From Patescibacteria group bacterium (GTDB lineage: Bacteria > Patescibacteriota > Patescibacteriia > UBA10025 > JAHIVO01): a stretch of DNA of 64,000 nt. Below the pieces are notes generated by a model. That model was not told the DNA's origin and made no database searches. It saw only the letters and a program-made list of their open reading frames with translations. The stretch spans positions 36,179 through 100,178 of the forward strand of contig JBAZKE010000004.1 in the NCBI GenBank assembly GCA_041650915.1. Direction: 5' to 3'. Positions 46,159 through 55,290 of the stretch are shown piece by piece; the first letter of the stretch is position 1, and the number at the start of each line of letters is the position of its first letter. The position numbers and the translations under genes are program-made.

Positions 46159-48240
46159 GTTTCAATCCACGTGCCTTCACAAGGAAGGCACGACCGGTCA
46201 ACCTTAGACCCGCAACCCTGGTGACGGTCCAGTTTCAATCCACGTGCCTTCACAAGGAAGGCACGACCTGCCAATCCCGGAGGTTGCAAAACCGCCATGG
46301 CCATGTTTCAATCCACGTGCCTTCACAAGGAAGGCGCGACCCGGCTTGTCGTCTGGCAAATACCATGTCGTGATGCCATTTCAATCCACGTACCTTCTCG
46401 ACAGAAGGCACGACGAATCAGTGAGACCGATATCACTAATACCTCTGAATTATTTCAATCCACGTACCTTCTCGACAGAAGGCACGACGCGCAAGTCGGG
46501 AGCTTGTTTACCCGGCGTAGGACTTATTTCAATCCACGTACCTTCTCGACAGAAGGTACGACCGGGGTTATTTCGTGACCTTCCTCGCCAGCTGGGATGT
46601 ATTTCAACCCACGCGCCTTCTACCAAGAAGGCACGACCTGGATACAATTATCGAGCGCTGCGCGGATGTCCGTTGGTTTCAATCCACGCGCCTTCTACCA
46701 AGAAGGCACGACGACCCATGGGTCAATCGAGATCACTGAAGCGACCTGGTTTCAATCCACGCGCCTTCTACCAAGAAGGCACGACCGAAAGCCGAAGTTG
46801 CCTTGGCCAAGCAATTCGTGGTTTCAATCCACGCGCCTTCTACCAAGAAGGCACGACCCGCTGGATTTTTCTGGGCCCAACCGGTCCATCCTCGTTTCAA
46901 TCCACGCGCCTTCTACCAAGAAGGCACGACTCAAGCCTCGATACGCAAGGTGGTTCCTGCGGCGCCTCGTTTCAATCCACGCGCCTTCTACCAAGAAGGC
47001 ACGACCGATGCCCTGGGTTGATGGCCTCGATATGGTTAACCAGTTTCAATCCACGCGCCTTCTACCAAGAAGGCACGACCTGACACGGCACGGGCTGCAG
47101 CACGATGCTGACGCCGTTTCAATCCACGCGCCTTCTACCAAGAAGGCACGACATGGGAGTCCAAGTAAATGCAACCCGTCAACCCACCGTTTCAATCCAC
47201 GCGCCTTCACAAGGAAGGCACGACATCCTTACCGGTGCGGTGCGGATACCCTCGGTTGGCGTTTCAATCCACGCGCCTTCACAAGGAAGGCACGATCCTC
47301 GGACAGGCTGTCACGGGTCGAGAGTGAATCGTGGTTTCAATCCACGCGCCTTCACAAGGAAGGCACGACCAACTCGCCTTCGAGCAACGCGAGGCCCACG
47401 TCATTGTTTCAATCCACGCGCCTTCACAAGGAAGGCACGACCTCGACAATGAGTTGCACCCCGATGCGCAGCGCCTCACGTTTCAATCCACGCGCCTTCA
47501 CAAGGAAGGCACGACCCGACATAATGACGGGCCCCATCGGTCGCGATGCTGTTTCAATCCACGCGCCTTCACAAGGAAGGCACGACCAGCCTGGGTATAG
47601 GCGTAGGTAGAGATTCGTTCACCGTTTCAATCCACGCGCCTTCACAAGGAAGGCACGACGCGCATTTGTGAGCTTTTCCATGGCAGTCATCGCGTTTCAA
47701 TCCACGCGCCTTCACAAGGAAGGCACGACTCTGGCGAAACTCCCCATATCCGACCCGTCCATCACGGTTTCAATCCACGCGCCTTCACAAGGAAGGCACG
47801 ACCAATCTGTCGTGACCAAGGCTTCGTTGCTCTGCAGATGTTTCAATCCACGCGCCTTCACAAGGAAGGCACGACCTACCAGAACCGATTTACCTGCCCG
47901 CGTTGGACCCCTGTTTCAATCCACGCGCCTTCACAAGGAAGGCACGACAAACACGTTTGGTCCAGGTCCTGCAATACCCAGGTGTATGTTTCAATCCACG
48001 CGCCTTCACAAGGAAGGCACGACGACCTGGCCGAGGATATCCGGGAGCACGGTCAGGTTGTTTCAATCCACGCGCCTTCACAAGGAAGGCACGACAAGCT
48101 CGTTCTCCTGGACTCGCAGCGCACCTAGTTTGTTTCAATCCACGCGCCTTCACAAGGAAGGCACGACAGCGACCGATTAGAAACCCTTTACTCAGGAGAT
48201 AGATGTTTCAATCCACGCGCCTTCACAAGGAAGGCACGAC
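46159..48240 (-). CRISPR. CRISPR array: 29 repeats (36-37 nt), 28 spacers (35-38 nt), transcribed on the minus strand, leader at the high-coordinate end
   Basis: Plus-strand consensus is GTTTCAATCCACGCGCCTTCACAAGGAAGGCACGAC; on the minus strand it reads GTCGTGCCTTCCTTGTGAAGGCGCGTGGATTGAAAC, ending in the ATTGAAAC handle. Repeat subtypes occur in blocks: repeats 1-3 CGTGCC/ACAAG, 4-6 CGTACC/TCGACA (37 nt), 7-14 CGCGCC/TACCAA (37 nt), 15-29 CGCGCC/ACAAG. Degeneration increases toward 46159. Confidence 0.95.
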
Positions 48241-48262
48241 TGCTCGCTAAAATTCACTAGCA

Positions 48263-48291
48263 ATTCTACGCCGTTGTGCACCGGTTTGCGA
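48263..48291 (-). promoter_or_regulatory. candidate leader promoter TCGCAA-N17-TAGAAT for the main array
   Basis: best sigma70-like match in the roughly 210-bp leader; weak -35. Confidence 0.25.
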
Positions 48292-48450
48292 GCACTGCCA
48301 GATGAATTGGTGTTTTTGACTCTGGGCGCGCTTCTGAGCTTCATTACTGTCGGCCCAAGCCATTGATTTTGTTCTCCTGGTGTTCGCGCGAGCGGGTCCG
48401 GGGTTTTCGACGCCACCGAGCCGCTCGCGAGTTGTTTCAGTACAGCCGCA

Positions 48451-48625
48451 CTGTTTTGATCCACGCGCCTGTCGCGCTCCACGCGTTCGAGGCGCGGCGG
48501 AAGATGATATCATACCTGCATACCGCCTGGGGTTTTGATCCACACACCCGCAAGGGTGCGACGGCTACCAACGAGGCCATGAAACTGCTCGACATGTTTC
48601 AATCCGCGCACCCGTGAAAGGTGCG
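48451..48625 (-). CRISPR. decayed mini-array of canonical 32-nt type I-C repeats (3 units) between cas7 and the main-array leader
   Basis: Unit 3 GTTTCAATCCGCGCACCCGTGAAAGGTGCGAC reads on the minus strand as GTCGCACCTTTCACGGGTGCGCGGATTGAAAC, the classic I-C repeat form. Unit 2 is GTTTTGATCCACACACCCGCAAGGGTGCGAC. Unit 1 is disrupted. One 33-nt spacer-like segment lies between units 2 and 3. Confidence 0.6.
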
Positions 48626-48809
48626 ACTGCCCGGTCTCAACCAAGCAGCAATCATTGGCATTTTCGGCGCAGTTCCGCGAACCCAAGGAACAGAGCGCCG
48701 ACATCGTGTTGTATTCAGTTACCAATGTGCAGACCACCAAGCAATTCAGCAACTTACTGTTCCGCGAACCTCCAGGCTTTTACTGAGCGCTGGAGGTTCG
48801 CGCAACCCC

Positions 48810-49802
48810 CTACTTCGAGTTGATGAGTGCCCATCCGCCAGCCAGCCAGTCGCAGTGCTCGACGTTGGCCGGCAGACCCTCGGTGTTAACCGCCAGGGTG
48901 TAGTCCGTGATTTCCCGGACCGCCGTGACTTCCGGCTTCCGCGTCGCCGTAACTCGCTGCATCAGACTGGACCGCGACGCATTGCCCAGTGGGCTCATGT
49001 GCTTGAACGCGTGGAACGCGTGGAGGCAGCGCACGCCCGACGATGCCGTCATGGAGTCCCAGCAACCTACGAATGCTCGGACGAATAGATCTAGGTCGGC
49101 CTGGGTGAATCCCGTCTTGGCTGCCCATGCCGGCGCCACCGTGCCCTCGATGCGGTACAGCCCGAAAGGTACGATGAATTTTTTGCCCATCGTCCGGTTC
49201 GCTGCGGCGCTGTCCTCCGCAGTTTCGTTCTCCCCGCCTGCTTTGTCCTTGCGATTCGTCGCGCACATCCGCGTGATCGTCATGGGCAGGATCTCAATGG
49301 GGTCCACGGATAGCGCCGTGCAGATTTGCACCGGACCCGTAACTTTGCCCCCGCCCGACTTGCCCTTGGCCTTTTTGCCCTTGGCCTTGCCCTTCTTGCT
49401 TGTAGGCGTACCCGCCTCAGTCTCGGGCGCTTCAGGCTCGTCCTCTTTTGCATCGCCGCCGACCATCACGGCGCCAAACGTGCGTACGTCCCAGAACTTA
49501 CGCAGCAGTGCTTGCTGAAGGGTGTCATTCTCCGGCTTTACCGTTTTCTGAACCTCGGCGTTGACTTCTGCGAGCACAGCGCCATCGGTGTAATAGATAT
49601 TGTTTTCCTGCGTGCCTGTAGCTGCGGCGTAATCCTGCACATAATTGCGAATCTTGCGCTTTACGCAGACATCAGACATGATCCCCCTGCCTGTGGTGTA
49701 GTCAGTTCGGGGTTGGTTATCTGCATCGGGGTCACCGTTGGGATTTCCTCGGGCGACAGAAACAAACGCTACAAAATCATACCGGTTCGCGATCGTGGTC
49801 AT
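48810..49802 (-). CDS. cas7: Cas7 (Csd2, type I-C)
   Basis: N-terminal RYDFVAFVSVARGNPNGDPDADNQPRTDYTTGRGIMSDVCVKRKIRNYV matches the Csd2/DevR signature; AAGGAGA SD. Confidence 0.8.
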   Translation of the reverse strand: MTTIANRYDFVAFVSVARGNPNGDPDADNQPRTDYTTGRGIMSDVCVKRKIRNYVQDYAAATGTQENNIYYTDGAVLAEVNAEVQKTVKPENDTLQQALLRKFWDVRTFGAVMVGGDAKEDEPEAPETEAGTPTSKKGKAKGKKAKGKSGGGKVTGPVQICTALSVDPIEILPMTITRMCATNRKDKAGGENETAEDSAAANRTMGKKFIVPFGLYRIEGTVAPAWAAKTGFTQADLDLFVRAFVGCWDSMTASSGVRCLHAFHAFKHMSPLGNASRSSLMQRVTATRKPEVTAVREITDYTLAVNTEGLPANVEHCDWLAGGWALINSK

Positions 49803-49803
49803 T

Positions 49804-49983
49804 TCGTTCTCCTTTATTTCACTAGGCCAAGGGTTGCGCGCAGCGCGGTGGTTTCCAGGTGCTCCTGCTGCGCAATTTGCCGCACCGTTTGGGTGGCGTC
49901 TTGGGTCGTTAGCATCAGGACGGCCAGCGGCGATAGTTTGATTACTACTTGAGCGCTACAACGGTTGTTACTTTTGCTCCACA
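49804..49983 (-). CDS. small ORF (about 57 aa) in the 190-nt cas8c-cas7 gap
   Basis: ATG..TAA ORF below the track cutoff; function unknown. Confidence 0.2.
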
Positions 49984-49990
49984 TCGGTGT

Positions 49991-51835
49991 TTACTCCTCT
50001 GCGTCTGCCTCCTTTTTGGTTTGCATTCGCGACGCAATGTTAGCGTTGAATTGCTGGCGTTGGTGCTCGACGCCGAGAATGAAGTTTTCGCGTGCAGTTA
50101 GATCTGCATGCAGCGGCAGCGCATTATCCCGCGTAATTTCCGCGTTCACCTCCGTCAAAATCTCAAGATAGTGGTCAACCAAGTGCCCCGAGTTCTGGTG
50201 CGCTTCCCGCTGTACGTGACCATTGATTTCTGTTACTAGCTTCACCCATGCGTTGCGCTGTGCAGTGGCTGCCTGCTGGAAAGCGTTGGCCAGCCAGGCG
50301 CTGCGACGCAGTTCGGCCTGCACGACGTTCATCCCAGTTTTACCTCGGTACTGGCAGTACTTTACTTGTTCCAGTATAGCGAACGCTCTCCCCCACAGAT
50401 AGGATGGGTTTTTATTCTCTAGCTCCAGCATGCTCGATACCTCCTGTGCATCAGTTCGGTTTCTGCCGAGTTTGACCAATTTAGCCAATAGGCTGAAACG
50501 CGTGTTTCCTGCTCTCCGGTCGTTGCGCACGTAAATCATTGATGCAGCCAAAGTCGCTGCGTTACGCATACCCACGGGCAATGGAAGTCCTTGGAGCGCG
50601 CAATTCCAAAGGCTCTCTTTGTACCTAGCCATCTGGGCATCGATCTTGGTTCGGTCCACTTTACGTCGGTCGGCCATAGCACGCGTAAGCTCGTACACTG
50701 TGGGCAGCCAGGTCATTTTGCCGTCACCCATGGCGAGGTCATTTCGGTATTTTCGCACGTTACCGATGACTTCTGCGACAGTGCTCGTGTATTGTTTGAC
50801 CATGGCGCGCTTCATATTGGCCGATAGACTCACCAGGAAAAATGGCGAATAGTTTTTGGTGTCTAGATCCGTGTGCTGTGCTGCGTTGGTCAGGTCATGG
50901 CGAAGTTCTTTGCCCCGCACATGATCTAGCTGGCTGTAGTCCTCCGGAGTTGCCTCGGTTTCTTCTTCCGCATTTTCAAGCTCTAGCTGCTGAATAGTGG
51001 TTTGTACCCTGCGTAGGGTTTCCAAATCGCCATCGAGCCAATAGTACATCCGGCTCGTGTCTAGCGAAATGAAGAAACGATTCTCTGCTAGATACGCGAA
51101 CGTTGCTCGGTATTGCGCAATACCCTCAGGCGACATCGGCGCTGCGGCCCCGCGGGCTCCACCATAGCGGAGCAAGTGAGGTAAGTTATACGACACCAGG
51201 GATGCAGACGCCAGTTTGCCGTCAGCTCCTGGCATCACAACGGAGTCGTGTAACTCCTGCGGAGCATCCGTGAACTCCCCCGTGAGAACGCAGCGTACGG
51301 CTTGCTTACACTCAGGCCGGTTAGCCACGCGCCAGGCATCGAAGTAAGGCACAAGCTCCGCTTGCTCGTGCACATACTGTCCGTCGACGATAAATGCAAT
51401 CATGGGTGCGATTTTCCAAGCCAACGCACCCTCTTGCTCCAGCCGAGGGCGCTGTTGTTCCCAGCCGGCATAAAACTTGGCTACAGCTTGGGCACCGACG
51501 TTATTAGAGGCTTCGGCGAAGTAGTTTACCAAATCTACGAACAGACCGAAACACTCGGCAGCACGGTCTTTTTTATCTTCTTTTTCCCACAAACCCAACA
51601 CGTATGTAGCGTTGTCGCAGAAAGGGTTTGCTCGAGCGTTGCGTGTGCGCGGCCCGGGCAGTTTGGGCACTTGCGTGAAGGGGCGTTCGTCACCTTTTAG
51701 CGCGTAGGTTTCGGTGCGTAGTAGATTGCCTCCAGCGTCAAGGACCAAGGCATACCCCAGCGACATAGTTTCGTATCCGGGTCTATTTCCTAGTCCGCGC
51801 TGTACGGCGAATTTAGTGGCTGCGCGTAGGAACAT
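49991..51835 (-). CDS. cas8c: Cas8c (Csd1, type I-C large subunit)
   Basis: 614 aa; N-terminal ...GNRPGYETMSLGYALVLDAGGNLL... resembles Csd1; position between cas5 and cas7; start overlaps cas5 stop (TAATG). Confidence 0.65.
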   Translation of the reverse strand: MFLRAATKFAVQRGLGNRPGYETMSLGYALVLDAGGNLLRTETYALKGDERPFTQVPKLPGPRTRNARANPFCDNATYVLGLWEKEDKKDRAAECFGLFVDLVNYFAEASNNVGAQAVAKFYAGWEQQRPRLEQEGALAWKIAPMIAFIVDGQYVHEQAELVPYFDAWRVANRPECKQAVRCVLTGEFTDAPQELHDSVVMPGADGKLASASLVSYNLPHLLRYGGARGAAAPMSPEGIAQYRATFAYLAENRFFISLDTSRMYYWLDGDLETLRRVQTTIQQLELENAEEETEATPEDYSQLDHVRGKELRHDLTNAAQHTDLDTKNYSPFFLVSLSANMKRAMVKQYTSTVAEVIGNVRKYRNDLAMGDGKMTWLPTVYELTRAMADRRKVDRTKIDAQMARYKESLWNCALQGLPLPVGMRNAATLAASMIYVRNDRRAGNTRFSLLAKLVKLGRNRTDAQEVSSMLELENKNPSYLWGRAFAILEQVKYCQYRGKTGMNVVQAELRRSAWLANAFQQAATAQRNAWVKLVTEINGHVQREAHQNSGHLVDHYLEILTEVNAEITRDNALPLHADLTARENFILGVEHQRQQFNANIASRMQTKKEADAEE

Positions 51836-52506
51836 TATTGCACCGTTCCATAGTGGGTGGCGATAGCGGCTTCGCGCGGTGGAATGTTCAGGACTCCATT
51901 CTCCATGATGGCGTTGTAATACAGCGACACTTTTGGGGACACTTCGTAGTGAAAGTCGTAAAACATGTACCCGAGATCTACTGAAACTGGTAACGCCGTT
52001 TCGCTTTCGAAGTCTGCCGGGGCAACATCTGCGGGGAACTCGCGTCTCCCAAAATAGGGTGCGTGGTGGTATTGTCCGAGGTCTAGACGTCGTGTCAGCA
52101 TGGCCTCGTACTTGGTGAGATTGGCGTCTTCTGTCGGTTTAACAGTTAGGTGCATGACGAATTCTACTAGATAAGCGACGTCACGCAAAATTAGCTGGGC
52201 CATTTGTGTACGAGCTTGCGTAACATCAATTGTAGGTTTATCTTTCGTTGCGGCTTCTTTGATTCCATTGGTGCGAAATCGTACTAGCCTGATGGGTTTT
52301 AGTACTTTGAGCCTGAGCGGCTGGATCCGTACCTCTGGATGCCAAAATACACTCTCGAGCATACCACGAAGCGCGGAAGGCGTAGGCACCTCATAAGATA
52401 CACCTTCGATGCGGAACTCAGGTCGGACGAAGTTTGCGAAGTTGCCTGAAAATTTCACACAAAATGGTTTGCCGGTTTGGCCCACGAAAAAGGGTTTGCC
52501 TGTCAT
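51835..52506 (-). CDS. cas5: Cas5d (type I-C Cas5, pre-crRNA endonuclease)
   Basis: FANFVRPEFRIEGVSYEVPTPSALRGMLESVFWHPE matches the Cas5d N-terminal signature; 223 aa. Confidence 0.75.
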   Translation of the reverse strand: MTGKPFFVGQTGKPFCVKFSGNFANFVRPEFRIEGVSYEVPTPSALRGMLESVFWHPEVRIQPLRLKVLKPIRLVRFRTNGIKEAATKDKPTIDVTQARTQMAQLILRDVAYLVEFVMHLTVKPTEDANLTKYEAMLTRRLDLGQYHHAPYFGRREFPADVAPADFESETALPVSVDLGYMFYDFHYEVSPKVSLYYNAIMENGVLNIPPREAAIATHYGTVQ

Positions 52507-52636
52507 GCTGCGGTTCTCCTGCTGGTTCAGAACGGCGTTTTCTGCCGTGCATGTTCCCCACTGTAGCGGGATTCAGTGCTGCTGTCTAGGAAAATCGTCG
52601 CCGGGGCCTAAATTTTTTGAGGTGGGTGCAGGCGGG

Positions 52637-55006
52637 TTAGACGATAAGAGGCTGAAGTTGCAGGGATTGCTCGTTTAACTGGCGTACTTGTACACCATAC
52701 CGCGGGTCATACTGAAGCGCGGTAGGGTTCACCAGGAGCAGCGTCGCAGTGTCGACTTTCTTGACCTCGCCCTTGGTATCGTCACCCGCATCGTCTGCAA
52801 AGATCTCATCGTCCAGATTGAGCATGCGGATTAAACCGGCGTCCAGCCATTTGGCCAGACAAGTTTTTGCGATGTTTACGGTGTAGGTCCGCAGTGTACG
52901 ATAAGCTGCCCACGGGCGGTTCCCGCGCTCAATGTTTCTAACGGCTTCAGCACAGATTTCATCTTGAACTATGACGACTGGCGCCGACCAATCGCTCTCG
53001 ATCATCCTGAATTTTTCGCTCACAGTCTGAAAATTAAGTTTTCTACGCTCGGCTTGAATTTCGTCGCCCTGGGCAAGCTTTCGTGTTACGCGCCTATACC
53101 ATTTTTCCCAGTACTCTCGCTGCACCTGGGGATTAAATATATCGAAATCTTCTCCTCTGTTTCGTCGGTTCGTCCGCATTTCCCAAACTGTGGTGATGGC
53201 GGCTTCCAAGCCGTAGTCCATGATATTTTTCGTAGGCGACGCATATAATTTAAGCCTAGCCGCAGCCAAGCGTCCTTCACGGTTCACGCGCCCGGCGAAC
53301 TGAATGATGGAGTCCAGGCCGGCGATCGGTGCAAAACCAAGTGGAAAATCGAAATCGATTCCGGCTTCCACCAGACTCGTTGTTACAAGATGAATTAGTT
53401 TTTTATTTCTAAGTTTGTTCCGTACGTCTGCAATGACCCTAGACCGGTCCATAGGAGTCAGTAGAGCCGACAGTGCTATGATCTCTGCCCCTGTCCTTCG
53501 CGCGTCCAATTCTTCACACAGCGCCTGCACGTCGTCGCGCAACACTACTTTTGTAATGCTAGACACAGTTGAGGCTGTGATTTCGTTCACTAGTTCTGGC
53601 CAAGTGGTGGGCACAAATTCATCTGGCCACTCAACCGCCACACGCGGCGGTATCGTTATTTCGCCAGGTGCAACGATTTGATTTATTGACTTGAATCCGT
53701 ATGCGGTTTTAAGCACAACATTTCCGGGTCCGCGCATGCGGTTCATGACGGCGCGCACACGCTCCTGCCCTTCGAAATCCCATACTGGCACTGTAGCCGT
53801 AGAAATCAATAACGACACACCAAAGTGTTTCACCAGCGTATCCAAAATGTTAAGTACAGGAAATAGCACGTGTGCTGGAATCGTTTGCGCCTCGTCAATG
53901 AACACTACTGTGTTAGCGATGTTGTGGTTTTTACGGCTTTTGCGCACCTTACGCGCCAGTAAAGACTCGAAAAATTGAACCGTAGTCGACACGAGTATCG
54001 GGGCAGCCCAATTGTTAGTAATGAGCATGTCTCTGAATGTAAAGCGCCGGTCACTGCTGTTTTTCTCTGGATCGTACCCAGAATGATGCTCAATGACGTT
54101 ATTTGGTCCAACTGCCCCGCTAATTGCTGCAACCGTTTGCTCGATCAGTGCCTCGAACGGCTGCAAGATGATTATTTTGGATTTGTTGTATTTGATCGCA
54201 TGCAGAATAGCCCATTCAAGGCCCGAAAGTGTTTTGCCAAGCCCCGTTGGTACGTTCAGATAGTGAATTCCAGGAGGAAGCAAGGCAGCCACTCTGCATC
54301 TTTCTCGAACTAGAGCACGTTGTGTGTTTATAAAGGAAGGCTGTGCAGCGTTTTGCAACGCGTCGATCGTGTTTTCTAGTCTTTGACTGATAACAGGTAA
54401 AGAATCGAAGCCTGCTGCGCGCAGCCGCTCGCGTCCAGGCGTTTCTGCATTTTCGGCATCCAGAGCGTCTGCATCGCAAAGGGAAGAAAACAGCATGCGG
54501 AAGAATAGCTCGACAGTATAGATGTCTTTGCGCTGCTCTTGGCTTAATTGCTCCAGAGCGGGAAGTGTTTTAAGCTGCGCGTCCAGCCAAAGAAAACGAT
54601 CGGCTATTGGAATGTTTCTCAGCTCGTCGAGTTCTACCCTGCCCCAATCGATCGATCGGTTCCCTTCGGCATTCATATCCCGCATACCCGAATGGTGGTG
54701 CAGAACGGAGAACCAAACGGCAACGTGTTCTGGTCCTTGCTTGATGATCTGGGCCGCAATTTGTTTAAGATAATGGGCTGCGCTTTCCTTCGCGTGATAC
54801 GTGGTCATTGGGGCTTGCCCGAGTAGATATTGCTGCCAGGGGAGTACGCGCTTCTCGACGTCATGTACCAGGCCAGCCAGTAGGCCCAGATTGCCCAGCC
54901 CAAACGCCGTACAGTATTCTGAGCAGCGTCGGGCCACGCCCGCCAAGTGGTCGACTAAAAGTTGCTGGGCTCCAGCTTCCGAAACTCGGGCAAGCGGCTC
55001 AGTCAT
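52637..55006 (-). CDS. cas3: Cas3 (HD nuclease plus SF2 helicase)
   Basis: N-terminal HD-like LVHDVEK; DEAQ box (VVFIDEAQTIP); 789 aa; first gene of the operon. Confidence 0.75.
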   Translation of the reverse strand: MTEPLARVSEAGAQQLLVDHLAGVARRCSEYCTAFGLGNLGLLAGLVHDVEKRVLPWQQYLLGQAPMTTYHAKESAAHYLKQIAAQIIKQGPEHVAVWFSVLHHHSGMRDMNAEGNRSIDWGRVELDELRNIPIADRFLWLDAQLKTLPALEQLSQEQRKDIYTVELFFRMLFSSLCDADALDAENAETPGRERLRAAGFDSLPVISQRLENTIDALQNAAQPSFINTQRALVRERCRVAALLPPGIHYLNVPTGLGKTLSGLEWAILHAIKYNKSKIIILQPFEALIEQTVAAISGAVGPNNVIEHHSGYDPEKNSSDRRFTFRDMLITNNWAAPILVSTTVQFFESLLARKVRKSRKNHNIANTVVFIDEAQTIPAHVLFPVLNILDTLVKHFGVSLLISTATVPVWDFEGQERVRAVMNRMRGPGNVVLKTAYGFKSINQIVAPGEITIPPRVAVEWPDEFVPTTWPELVNEITASTVSSITKVVLRDDVQALCEELDARRTGAEIIALSALLTPMDRSRVIADVRNKLRNKKLIHLVTTSLVEAGIDFDFPLGFAPIAGLDSIIQFAGRVNREGRLAAARLKLYASPTKNIMDYGLEAAITTVWEMRTNRRNRGEDFDIFNPQVQREYWEKWYRRVTRKLAQGDEIQAERRKLNFQTVSEKFRMIESDWSAPVVIVQDEICAEAVRNIERGNRPWAAYRTLRTYTVNIAKTCLAKWLDAGLIRMLNLDDEIFADDAGDDTKGEVKKVDTATLLLVNPTALQYDPRYGVQVRQLNEQSLQLQPLIV

Positions 55007-55012
55007 GTAGAG

Positions 55013-55040
55013 AAAATAGCAGAAATGACGAGATTGTCAA
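55013..55040 (-). promoter_or_regulatory. cas operon promoter TTGACA-N16-TATTTT ending 6 nt before the cas3 ATG
   Basis: the -35 lies within the palindrome GTCAAGT-N8-ACTTGAC, which also supplies the -35 of the divergent plus-strand promoter. Confidence 0.45.
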
Positions 55041-55053
55041 GTACAGATTTCAC

Positions 55054-55113
55054 TTGACAGCGAGGATTAGACCGCTATACTGGTGGATAGCAAGGAGGTG
55101 TTGCATGCTTTGA
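55054..55113 (+). promoter_or_regulatory. divergent promoter TTGACA-N16-TATACT, then consensus SD AAGGAGGTG and two-codon mini-ORF ATG CTT TGA
   Basis: near-consensus elements read directly: SD at 55092..55100, ATG at 55105, stop at 55111. Confidence 0.45.
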
Positions 55114-55137
55114 CCAATTAAGTGCCGTAGCGGTACG

Positions 55138-55176
55138 CGTCGTCGCCATGGCTCTGGCTTTAATGACGTGTGGGTT
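55138..55176 (+). repeat. possible degenerate CRISPR-repeat-like element in crRNA orientation
   Basis: CGTCGTCGCC...GACGTGTGGGTTGAAAC versus GTCGTGCC...GCGCGTGGATTGAAAC; about one 10/11 match to the handle is expected by chance in this window, so this is weak. Confidence 0.2.
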
Positions 55177-55200
55177 GAAACTACTCCGCACAACTGACAT

Positions 55201-55290
55201 CAATCGAGAGTTTTAGCAAGTTCTCGGGTGTGCTGGTCTGTTAGATCTTCATCCGATTCTACATAGCGGATGTGTTCAATCTCATGCAGT
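55201..55290 (-). pseudogene. 3' fragment of an ImmA/IrrE-like gene (partial duplicate of 55293..55763)
   Basis: minus-strand translation VLHEIEHIRYVESDEDLTDQHTRELAKTLD* parallels VLHEIEHIRYVETDEDITDRNAKALARRLG of the intact gene; about 75% nt identity over 50 nt. Confidence 0.45.

Noticed and set aside
46244-48202. Long plus-strand ORFs inside the array (46244..47083, 46597..47610, 47105..47452, 47668..48180, 47903..48202) with recurring FQSTRLHKEGTT / FNPRAFTRKARP peptides
   Set aside because: They are artefacts of translating the CRISPR repeats in frame. Their periodicity equals the repeat-plus-spacer length.
48561-48593. Tested whether the mini-array spacer or the 38037..38060 segment is complementary to the cas3 promoter region (a CreR-style autoregulatory target)
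   Set aside because: By eye I found only short (5-9 nt) discontinuous matches, not above chance. I kept this as an open check and did not treat it as evidence.
54808-55113. 101-aa plus-strand ORF antisense to the cas3 5' end
   Set aside because: It is fully antisense to a well-supported gene. Only its last three codons (ATG CTT TGA with consensus SD) look meaningful, and I treated those separately as a mini-ORF.
55105-55113. CreT-like rare-codon tRNA-sequestering toxin interpretation of the ATG CTT TGA mini-ORF
   Set aside because: CTT is used freely for Leu in the neighbouring cas3 gene, so it is not a rare codon. I described the element only as a strong-SD start-stop ORF of unknown role.
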